From contig NC_082738.1 in assembly GCF_030144855.1 (NCBI RefSeq), positions 42,098,001 through 42,162,000 of the forward strand: 64,000 nucleotides of DNA, in the 5' to 3' direction. Made by a program: the position numbers and the translations under genes. Shown piece after piece: positions 52,764-64,000 of this stretch; the first letter of the stretch is position 1, and every line of letters begins with the position of its first letter. The notes below the pieces were generated by a model that saw nothing but the letters and a program-made list of their open reading frames with translations, searched no databases and was not told where the DNA came from. The DNA comes from Hypanus sabinus (taxonomy: Eukaryota).

Positions 52764-54038
52764 AACAGTGATGATACTGTTATAGATGAGAAACAATGAA
52801 GTGGGGTGTAGGGTGGGAGGGCCAAGACTTCTGTAGGACCTATCGCTAAAGGTAGAAAAGGTGGCATGGTAGTGTAGTGGTTAGCACAACACTTTACAGT
52901 ACCAGCAAACTGGGTTTGATTTCCACTACAGGGAGTTTGTACGTTCTCCCCGTGACCACGAGGGTTTCCTCCCACATTCCAAAGCCGTATGATTTTGTAG
53001 GTTAATTGGTCACATGGGTGTAATTAGACGGAGTGGGCTGGTTAGGTTAGAAAGGCCTGTTACCTTGCTGTATCTCTAAATGAATAAAGTGAAATAACTC
53101 TATTCTGAAGCTGGTACCTTTTTGATACACAGAGGCACAAGGGGCCACAGATGCTAGAATCTGGAGCAGCAAACTGCTGCTTGACCCATTAAGGTCCTCC
53201 AGCAGTTTTTATTTGCTGTTGTTTTGATACATGTTCCAGCTCAACCATGTCCATCAAAGGCATGGTCCTACACGCTGGTCCACGTAGGACCAAATGGTTC
53301 TGCATTGTGGCCATTCGACTTCAGTGAAGAATAAAATGCTATTCCAAACTGGAGACTAAGAATTGATGAAAGGCTGTGATGTCTCTTCTAGGTACCACAG
53401 ATGTATTGGAGTGCTCAGTGTACAGAGCAGCTGGAGACACGCAGTGCACTAATGGCGTGGAGTGTGTGCCTTGCTGTGACTTGTATGGGAGAGTTATGCG
53501 GAAATAGACTGCTACAGCACTTCTGGATTCTGTTTCTGTCCAAATTAAAGGGGCAGGTCCCAGACACAGGGTGGATTTGCTTTAAGATAGGTCCTCGTGC
53601 AGCTTCCTTTGGACTCCCACCACCACCCTCCCATGTCCTAGAGCAATCATAATGCCCTCCTGAAAGCTCACAACCCTTGGCCACCTCTGCGCTCCATCCA
53701 CCCCAACCCCAGACCTGCTGATTTAACAAGATCCGTCATCCCAAACAACAGCCAGCACTGAATAGCGACCACAGCCCAAAGATAGCAATATTTCTCTGCC
53801 AACCTCTATTCCTATTCTTTGTCTGCCAATCCTACTCTCCTGCCTCTGATCCTACCCCACTGTCCACTGAACCCCAACTCTAGTTCTGAGCTCTTCACCT
53901 ATCCATTCGGCCCAGTACCCACCCTGTTCAGATTCCTTGACTGCCCACTCCTCCACAATGCCTGAATTCTCTCCCGTGCAATATGGGTTCTCTTCCCTGG
54001 CCTGGCCTTGAACCTACTTGATTTATTGCCCTTGTTAC

Positions 54039-57000
54039 CGTTATGTATTTAGGTATATTTTGACCCTTACAGGTTGCTGACAAGCTTCTCTGTGTGTTAC
54101 GTAATGTAATGTGTGTGGGCATTCTGGGTAGATGACCTACCAGTAAAATAAACAGATACACATTTGTTCCTCATCTTTCTGTCTCTGGTGTGTGTTATTC
54201 ACAGACACCCGGCTTCCCAGTACCATAAACAACAACTGGTGACAAGGTGATAGTTGTTGTTTTGTTCCCTTCAGCATGAAAGGTCGGTGTGCACCACTGT
54301 GTAACGTGGGTGAGCAAAAAGAAGACGGTTGCAGGAAGTGTGGTGAGGGGAATAAGAACAGGACAGTTAAATGAAACCAATAAGAAAGGGAGAGAGAGAG
54401 AGATAGAGAAGACTAGTTAACTTTTCTGGAACCTGATTGCATTTGAAAATGCCAACATGTTTGGAAGTATGGGGACCGTATAATGAAATGACAGCAATAG
54501 AGTTCATATACTGAAAGATTTGAATATTTTGCACTGACAAATGAAATGCCAGATGATAGTCATGTTCCAACTTTTCTAACTGTGATGGTGCAAGAACAGT
54601 TAACTTATTACGCAGTACAGTGCAACCAGCTAAGCCTGGTGATAAGCCTTTTGAGGACATAGTTAAAGGACCACTATTCACCTAAACATTCGATTATTGC
54701 TGAGAGGTTTTGATTTCATAAAAGGAATCAAGAGGAAGGTGAATCTGTTTCACAGTTTGTGGCAGTGCTGAAGCAATCGAACACTGTGATTTCGGGCAGT
54801 CGCTGAATGACATGTTTTACGACAGACCCGTACGTTGTCTGCTTAGTGAGGCAATTCAGAAATGTTTGCTTACAGATGACACTAACATTACAGAAGGCAA
54901 TTGAGGTCAGTACATTTGTGGAGATGGCAGCTAAAGAAGCACAGCTATTAAGCGCATCTCCCCAAGTTCATAAAGTTTCCACTGACATAAAACTGGACAT
55001 TCAGCAAAGAATGCTGGTATAAGGATTTAGTTTGTCAAAACTGTGGTGAGAAAAGAAAACGACATATTGAACACACCTGTAAAAGTAAAAAGACAGTCAA
55101 CCAAAAACACTTATAAAGAAAACTGACTTTTGGAAAAACAAAGAGCAACATGTGAACAAAATGGAGGGTACTGAGGATGGACTGAGTAGCTCTCACTCTG
55201 TGGTTGAAAGGGCTTTGTTTGTTTTATCTGTTTCAGGGCACGACAATGTCTTTTGGGTGACTGCGATTGGACAGTGAGGATGCAGGGGGACACAGGAGCT
55301 GCAGTATCACTGGTGTCACAGTTTACAAGGAGAAATTGCAGGATCTCACCCCAGAAGGGGCAAGGTTGACTTTAAAGGCTTTCACTGGTGAGGCTGTTCC
55401 AGTGAGGGGAGTGGTACACATTACAGTGGAGATTAATGAGCAGAGAAAGAAACGTCCACTGTACATTGTTAAAGATCATTATCCAGTGTTTCTGGGCCAC
55501 TCGTGGTTAGAGCAACTCAAACTCAACTGGCACAAGAGCACCTGAGTGGTGGGAGTGCTGGTCTGCCAGAGGTATTGAAGAAATATGCAGAAGCATTCCA
55601 TGGAGAACGGGGCAGTATGAAAGGAATCATTGTTAAGCTGGCTGTTAAGTCTGGGTTCTTAGTGGAGGCGACTGTTGAGCCTCATTGGCAGCATGGATAA
55701 AAAATAATAGATTGAAGAAAAAGATGAATTAAATGATACAATAAAAATACGTGGTATGAAGAAACCGTATAGATATTCCAAGGAAAAGCTGAAATCAAAG
55801 AGTACTCATGTGCGAAGCAGAGACCAGCATGTCTTTTGGGAAAACATGACAGTGAAGACTTCTGGGACCCTGAATAGTGGCATGCGCTATGCTATCCTCG
55901 TTCTGACAGGAGTTCGCCACTGGATGGAACTAAGAAGGATTATGCTTCAGACTTGGAGAGAGCAGTTCTCAAGTAAATAATGGCAGATCCACGAGAGAGA
56001 ATAAAAGAAGACGATCTTGATGTTGTACTCAGTCCTCAGCGCTGAAGCTTAGGTGGTGACTGTCATGTGGCCAATACCTCCAATATTCGACAATCTGGAA
56101 GCCTATGGAAAATAAAGAGAATTAAAATGTTTGGGGGTTGTGTTGCCAGTGGAGAATTGCATAATAAAATCAAGAACCTTTGATCGTAAAGGCAGAGAGA
56201 AGGACTTGTGTGACAGAGATGCTAGAGAAGGAAGGAAGGTAAAGTGCTTCAGGTGAGAGTTTGGGGATGGCAAATATGTTTTAGTGAGCGGAGGCAATGT
56301 GATTCCTAAACTGAAGAGGAAGTTTTCTGCTGACCCCACTAGTCAATCAGAGACAGTAAAGCTGATGGGCTTTGATGTTAAAATGCTATTGGAGGATCCA
56401 AGAAGGGCAAAGAGGTGGAGGAATTGACCAGAAACCCTTAAAGAAGGTGTAGAATGCCATGGTGCTGTCCAAGTGGAGATACCTACTGTTTCTGCATCCA
56501 AGAAGTTCCCCAGGAAGCAGTCCATTTGGGAACTTCGACTCTATTGAGTTCTTCAACATGGAGAAAAGTGTACCTGGACCAGCGTCGATAATTGTAGAGT
56601 TGCTTGGTGAAGGATCAGTTATCCAGGCGGTTCTGTCGATGGTTGTCAAGTAACTTAAGTGGACCAGGTCGTCGTTCCAGTAGCCTGCGGTCTACTCCAC
56701 ATGAAGAACTTAAGAGACTTGCTGGTCTGGAGCAGGGGGTCCCAACTCCTGTTTCACGGTCCGGAAACTACCTTGCTCCCATTACATCACAAGAAGATAA
56801 TAAGGAGATTAATAAAAGATTGATATTTTAGAAATACTGCAAAAAGCAAATGTGGATACGAAACCACTGCTGTCCAGTCTCACTGTCAACAAGGAGAAAC
56901 TAAGGGAGAGTTCACAGACTGAGTGGTTTTGTCTGTGGAAGCTGAACTGAAAGGTCTCAAAGTGGAATCTGAGAGGAAGCTTGCCACCCCATTCATGGTG

Positions 57001-58660
57001 AAACAAGTACAAAAAAATGACACCAATATGACTGCTTTCAATAAGCTAGTTAACAGTATGAAGGCAAGTGGAAACACGCCTTTGCAATCAAAACCCCTTA
57101 AATTCTACCGTACCCTGTAATGGGGTCTCCATCCTCAGATATTCCAGGTGACCTGCTTGGTAGTCAGAATCATCACATGTGGGTCCTTAATCAGCAAGGC
57201 CATTCGTCTCCTATCACCCGTGCTTTCTGAGGTGCCTCCTACTGACAATGCAGTACCCAAGCCAAGATCTGTACTGTACATGCACCACCAAGAGACTTCT
57301 GATAAGATGGCAGCGGGTGTGAATGCTACAGCCTCTTAGAGGCCAGTCAAAGGTGCTTTTTTCTTTGTAAAGTATGTTTTTAATGATCCCAAGAAAATTC
57401 TACTCCAAGAACATTGGGTACTGCAGGGATACTCCATCAATGAGCTGGTTGTTGATCGGCTTAGCTGGACTGGTGTCAATGGTGGAGCTGGCTGAGATGT
57501 CGAAGGAGCTGGTCGGGATATCGGAGAAGCCCGTCGGGATATTGGAGAAGCCCAACAGGATGTATCAGAGGAGCCGGTTTGGGTTCGGAGGGGCTGACCT
57601 GCCTGCAGACAGTGTTGCTGCCACTATTCGGAAGCATCAGAGTTGGTGCAGTATAACCGTGGGAGTTATCTCGGACCTTTCACTTGTGATTGCAAGACTC
57701 TGTTGGACAATGACAATGTACGTTGCTGCAGACCTGTTACCCTTGTCTGGTGGAGGGACAGGCGACATGGGAGCTGTGTAGCCTCAGATGTAGCAAGAAC
57801 TAAGCCTCAAGTTTCGGGCTTGCCTGCTGCTGCAGACCAGGTCCAGGTGAGAGACGCGGAAGCTTTACAGCGTGCTTGAGCTCGGCTGGGGCCTGGCCTC
57901 TCCTGTTGGTGCTGCCCTCCAGTGTTCAAACAGTGGAATAACAGGCTGGATTGCGTGCGTCTGCACACTGCCTGGAGACTGTCAATTGCTGGACATTGTT
58001 GCTCAGGGTCTGGGACTATATATGTTTTCTTTTCAAGTGAATATGCTTCTTTGCTCAATATTTTGAATTATGTTACTTGCTATTTTTGAATATTTGCATG
58101 CTATTTTAAATGTACCTTGGCCCCAGAAGAACACTGTCTCATTCAGTTGTATCTATGTAAGGTTTGAATGGTAAGTAAACTTGATTTGATTTGAAAATGA
58201 CTTCATCCCGAGGTCGTTGGTACCCTCACAGGACCAGGTGGCCTCCAAACAGATTCTATCTCTAGTGACTAACCCTCAGCACATGGGGCAGAATAATCCC
58301 TAGGGTTATGTCTGGGAATAGAGGCGGATACCCTCATTCCCTAGTTTAGAAAACATTGTTTGTTTGTTGTTGGTTGAATTTGATGATTACTTCATTGAAT
58401 GTTACTAGGTCTGTGTATGGGAAGGGGAGAAAGCTTTAAAGTAAGGGAGGGAGTAAATGTTATGTATTCATGTCTATTTTGACTGTTACAGATTGTCATC
58501 AAGCTTCCCTGTGTGTTACGTACTGAACGTAATGTGCGAGGGCATTCTGGGTAGATGACTTACAAGCAAAATAAACAGATACACATTTGTTCCTCACCTC
58601 CCTGTCTCTCGTGTGTGTTGTTCATGGTCACCCGGCTTCCCAGTACCACAAACATAACCA
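54039..58660 (+). mobile_element. Decayed Gypsy (Mag-like) LTR element lacking recognisable RT
   Basis: About 200-bp LTRs at 54039-54234 and 58458-58660, PBS-like TGGTGACAAGG, purine tract AAGGGAGGGAG before the 3' LTR, gag remnant AERF.FHKRNQEEGESVSQFVA, protease DTGAAVS near 55289, integrase-tail-like RWYPHRTRWPPNR near 58215. Confidence 0.8.
57300..58198 (+). mobile_element. Non-coding retroposon nested in the Mag-like element
   Basis: Starts with AAGATGGCAGCG, ends in TAAACTTGATTTGATTTGA (same tail type as local Rex/L2-type LINE ends), flanked by GACTTC on both sides. Confidence 0.5.
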
Positions 58661-60434
58661 CTACACAATGGTGGAGAGGGCAAAGCAACAAGTCACAAGT
58701 ATGTGAGCCCTGTCCAGGACTGGAGGCACGTGACCTTTGTGCATCGAAATTATGTGGTGGATCCTCTAACAAATTGGTTCTTGACTGATAGTTGTGCCTT
58801 TATAACCCCTGGTCTTTTCTTCTGCCTTTCATAACCAACTGACATCAATGCAGAATGGTCCCAGGACACTAAATACTGTTATTCTTTAATTGGTTTACAA
58901 AGAAAAAAATTAAAGGGACCTACATATAATGATCTTACCTCACTGTGCTCAAGTTAGATCACTGCTGTGCAGCACCAGAAAGTGGGAAACGTAGATCTAG
59001 CATTATTGTTATAGAGTTGTACATCATGGAAACCTTTGTCCAGGCTAGCTATCAAGAGCCCAGTATTTTTCTTAAACTAATCCCATTTTACAGGAGTAAG
59101 ATGTATAGGAGCCTTAGGTCCCACACTACCAGGTTCAAGAACAATCATTAGCCTACAGTCATCAGGTTCCTGAACCGTCATGGATAACTTCACTCGCCTC
59201 AACACTGAACTGATTCCACAACCTATGGACTCATTTTCAAGGACTCTGCATCTCATGTTCTCAGTATTATTTATTTAATTTTGTAGTTTGCACTATATGT
59301 CTTCTTTTGCACATCAGTTGTTTGTCAGTCTTTGTGTATAGTTTTTCATCAAATCTATTGTATTTATTTTCCTGTTAATGTCTACAAGAAAATTAATCTC
59401 AAGGTAGTACATGGTGACACATACATATTTTTAATAATAAATTTACATTGACTTTGAATTTTATTCTCCCCACATCCCCCATACATTCTCTCCGAATCTA
59501 CCACTCACTTACACTTGGTGTCAAAACCTAAGAACCATGTCATTGGGACATGGGAGGAAACCAGAGCACCCAGAGGAAATACCTGCAATCACAATGAGAA
59601 CTTGCAAACTCCACACAGACAGCACAGGAGGTCACGATTGAACCCAGCTTACTGAAGCTGTGAGGAAGCAGCATTAGTAGCCGAATCACTGTCCCACCCA
59701 GTTATCCCTACAACTTCCAGAGCCCCAGGACTCCGTGGAGAAGTGTTAGGAGCAGCCTACATGCTGCTGCAAGGGTAAAGGGGGTGAACATTGTTACTGT
59801 AGGGGAAGGAGCAGATTGTCTGCCTGACCTATTCCCCCTAGTTAATGCATGCCTGGCTTTGTGGCATTACAGGATAAGGACAAATGAACCACCTAGTCAG
59901 AAAAGCTATTGGATTTTAAAAAGCTCAATGGATCAGACAGTTTTCAATTAAGAACTTAATCATTACAGGAAAGAGATATGACTTTCTTTGAAATTATCTC
60001 TGTTAAGGCAAAATTGTGCTTGCCACCTCTCCCCATTAGAGCAGTAAAGCAATCAACAAAGAATGAAGACTATGCACTCCACTCTATTACCTCAGAGATC
60101 TAAATTTGAGTCCGGTCTAGACAAACTTATTTTCTTTTGATGTGGACCACAGATCAAATGCATTTTCCTCAGTGCCAACAAATTAATGACAAAGTTTTGC
60201 TGATCTCTAATGTGCAGATTTTTCAATAATTCTTTTCCAGTTCTGTCTCCATAATTATTGTGTGAGAACAGGAAATATACTCAGGAGCAGGAGGCAACTC
60301 TGGTTTCTATTCAAGTGTTAGTATGCTGGGTAGTGCTTAGCCTGAGTTCAATCAAAGGTCCAACTACTAACTGCTGAACACTAGTTCTGGATGGGGCAAA
60401 GGATGTGGCTTTGACTCTCATTGCTCTAAGATCT

Positions 60435-61005
60435 ATAGAGAGATTTAGTATGTCAACGGAAACACTCAAAAACTTCTACAGATGTACCATAGAGAGCATT
60501 CTGACAGGCTGCATCACTGTCTGGTATGGTGGTGGGGGGCTACTGCACAGGACCGGAAGAAGCTGCAGAGGGTTGTAAATCCAATCAGCTCCATCTTGGG
60601 TACCAGCCTACAAAGTACCCAGGACACCTTTAAGGAGTGGTGTCTCAGAAAGGCAGCATCCATTATTAAGGACCTCCAGGACCCAGGGCATGCCCTTTTC
60701 TCACTGTTACCATCAGGTAGGAGATACAGAAGCCTGAAGGCACACACTCAGCAATTCAGGAACAGCTTCTTCCCCTCTGCCATCCAATTCCTAAATGGAC
60801 ATTGAACCCTTGAACACTACCTCACCTTTTAAAATATATATTACTTCTGTTTTTGTACATTTTTTAATCTATTCATTATACATATACTGTAATTGATTGA
60901 TTTATTATTTATTTTCTTCTTTCTATATTATCATCTATTGCATTGAACTGCTGCTGTTAACAAATTTCACGACACATGCCAGTGACAATAAAACTGATTC
61001 TGATT
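60435..61005 (+). mobile_element. Rex-Babar/L2-type LINE 3' end
   Basis: QDRKKLQRVV...HALFSLLPSGRRYRSLKAHT...NSFFPSAI; tail AATAAAACTGATTCTGATTC. Related 3' ends at about 17000-17760(-), 19455-19890(-), 25130-25525(-), 30850-31100(-), 42431-42870(+) and 59100-59460(+). Confidence 0.87.
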
Positions 61006-61454
61006 CTTCTGAAGTGCAGAGATAATGCTGACTTCATTCTTCAAACCCTCCTTTCTGCATCAGCTCTCACCGCCCATCCTCAAGGAGGTTGCTCTTTCTA
61101 AAGTTGACAATATCCATTCAGCTGATTTCACTTTTAACCTGGTTAAACACCTTCTTATCCTCATCCTTAGGTAGAATCATATATCACTCATTTTCCCCAT
61201 GACCTACCTGAGCCCCTCCCATTCAAAAGATCTATCTGGTGTTTACTTGGGAATGTTCCCATTAAAATGCTGAAAGACCACCTTCCAATTCCAGTTGGAT
61301 GATATTGCAATAGCTTCATCCTCCTCAGATTCTGATGCACCCTACAGGGACTGTGCATTGAAATGGTACACTGGGATCGTTGCAAGGTGGTATTTTGGAT
61401 GTAAGTGGGGATGGTCTGATCTAATTTGCATCTTGAATAACGTAGACTGCTTCA

Positions 61455-61777
61455 GGACAGATAATGAGGGGTATAGAGAGGGTAAATGCAAGCAGGCATT
61501 TTCCACTGAGGTTGTGTGGGACAACAATTAGAGATCATGGGTTAAGTGGGGAAAGGTGAAATGTTTAAGGGGAACATGAAGGTGGAGAGAGTGTGAAATG
61601 AGCTGCCAGTGGATGCGGTCTCAATTTCAAAATCTAAGAGACATTTGGATAAGCACAAGGATGGGAGGGGTATTGGAGTGCAATGGTCCAGGTGCAGGTC
61701 AATGGGAGTAGGCAAAATAATAGTTCAGTATGGACTAGATGGGCAGAAGGGCCTGTTTTGCTGCTGTAGATCTCTAT
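61455..61777 (+). mobile_element. CR1 3' fragment
   Basis: Nucleotide similarity to 51640-51990. Confidence 0.75.
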
Positions 61778-61867
61778 GCCTCCATCAATTCATCAGAACC
61801 CTAACTTCCTCTCTTATGTGGCAAAGAGACTTCTGGTTTGCAAATCAAATAAAATGCAGGTAAGCTA

Positions 61868-62116
<249 letters not shown>

Positions 62117-62413
62117 TCAAGACCTGGCTTTCTGATGAACTATTTAAACTTTTATTGGTTCATGGCATTTTTGGCTTTTCCCTTTCCCATTGCTTTCCTG
62201 AATCAGATGCCTTCAAAATAACCATTAGAGTCCATTCAGACACTTTGGTTGCTTTGCTGGTTAAGATTTGTTAAGGGTCTAGCGGTTAAGGCTGCATATA
62301 TGCAAACTAGAGCCTGAAGCTGGTGGTCTGTGAAGCTTCAGGGTGAAAAAACCTAAAAGGTTCTGAGGAGTGAAAATAGCTTAGCTCATAATGAACACAT
62401 TCATGCCACCTAC

Positions 62414-62608
62414 CCCCAATTAGCATTGTGCAGATCGAAAAGATCTTCTCTGCGTCTGTGTTTGCAGAGACATTTCCAAAGCCAACGCTGGTTAGGCTGC
62501 TCAGGGTGAAGTAGAGGGCAGCAATGTAGGCACTTCGAATGGTAGGACCTCCCAGTGAGTCATTTGTGTATGGAGTCTCTAACCGTTTGCCAAGCTCATT
62601 CAACCAAC
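62414..62608 (-). CDS. KCNH4: ELK-family K+ channel exon (pore helix, selectivity filter, start of S6), 195 nt
   Basis: Encodes [65 protein letters not shown] with the KCNH SVGFG filter. Acceptor ttcccccag|GT, donor G|gtaggt, phase 1-1. KCNH4 versus KCNH8 call rests on recalled diagnostic residues. Confidence 0.9.
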
Positions 62609-64000
62609 CTGGGGGAAGAAGAGAAATTAGGTATCATGGGTTTAAATTTCGAATCATGTGAAAACTTGTCACGCCAATGTATACTTGTGTGAAAATCTGA
62701 GACACAAGAGATTCTGTAGCTGTTGAAAATCTCAAGCAACACACCCAGGATGCTGAAGGAACTCAGTAGGCCAGCCAGCATCTATGGAGGGGAATAAACA
62801 GTGATGTTTCAGGCTGAGACTTTTCATCACATCGACTGTTTATTTCCCTCAATAGATGCTTCCTGACACACTGAGTTCCTTCAGCATTTGTGTGCATTTG
62901 TCAAGTACAAATCCGTTGGGTTAAGAGATACACAAAATCAGAAATAAACTCACCTAAATTGTTCATTTTTACACTAACTTTGCTATGAATGAGACACCTC
63001 CAAATATAATCCCCAACTTTGATCATCCCCTCCCCATCAGGGTCAACCTATACCAACTTGCTTCCTTCCAAATTCTCCTCACGGTTTTTCCTCGGCTCAC
63101 AATCCTGATGCAGGATCCTGACCAAAACGTCAGTTTAACACCTTCCACCTCCACAGATGCTGTTTGACCTGCAAGGTTCTTCCAGCTTTTTGCTTGCTGT
63201 TTAGCTCCGATTATACTGTCAGTTGTAAATGCAATGTACAAGAAAGTAGCAGGTGGAATCACTATGAGTGAAACTCAGGATTATGGACCACTACAAGACA
63301 TTGCTGAAGTTCTCAGTAAAATTACTGCCAGCAGTAGCCATTTGTTTGTAGATATATAGCAGGAAAACTGATACCGACTTTAGAGAATTAATAATTTTAA
63401 TTGGGGCAAATATATGATTTTCAAGGAAGAATAGTTATAAAAGATTCATCTAGATTGCAGATCTAGGATTTTCTATATTGTGTTTTAATTGCTTGTTTCT
63501 GTGATGAAAAATAAAGCTACAGTACTGTATCTAAAAATTACAACAGGGATTGTGCTGTAACCCAAGTACCACACTGTTACTTCCTTGCTGGGTTAGCCTG
63601 CATCCGTGTAATCGGTGTGAAAATCAAAAGAAAAATGCAGATGCTGGAAATCTATAAAAAACAGAAAATGCTGCAATTGCTTGTAGGGCGGCCACGTCGT
63701 TGGGAAGCGAAACAGAGTTGACATTTCAGGGTGAAGACCCATTGTCAAAACTCTGTATAAATTGATATAATTGTTCACAAAACAATTTGATGTGTTTAGC
63801 CTGTGTCCAGTAATACTTGCCCGGCACTTGTGTGCTGCTACTATGGAAGAGGAATTGTCAATGTTTTGGGTCTGAACACTGCTTCAAAACTATGAGCAGC
63901 AAGAGAAGATGGGCATTATAAGGAGGGAGAGAGGGAATGGTGAGTTTGGGGCCAGTAGCTGCCTATTGAAGATGGCTTATCACACTCTTAGTGCAGGACA

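Overview
Eukaryotic (vertebrate) genomic DNA. The repeat content (HE1-like tRNA SINEs, abundant CR1, Rex/Babar-type LINEs, Penelope-derived repeats) points to a cartilaginous fish, probably a ray; this is an inference. The window lies inside one minus-strand gene, an ELK-subfamily voltage-gated K+ channel most like KCNH4/Kv12.3. Seven coding exons are resolved with GT-AG boundaries and consistent phases (195, 200, 250, 215, 39, 362 and 107 nt); the 39-nt and 107-nt exons are not in the ORF track. The introns are mostly transposon debris, with four notable items. (1) An intact 4216-bp CsRN1-clade Ty3/Gypsy element with 215-bp LTRs, ATAT TSD, tRNA-Trp PBS, CHCC Gag, and a G GGA AAC slippery site followed by a predicted pseudoknot. 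(2) About 15-20 dispersed copies of a minimal hammerhead-ribozyme motif on short Penelope-derived inserts, many as fold-back pairs with long TSDs. (3) A 17-copy ~83-bp tandem array directly upstream of a CR1 5' end. (4) Two decayed Gypsy proviruses. Boundaries of degraded repeats are approximate; exon and intact-LTR-element coordinates were counted exactly by hand.
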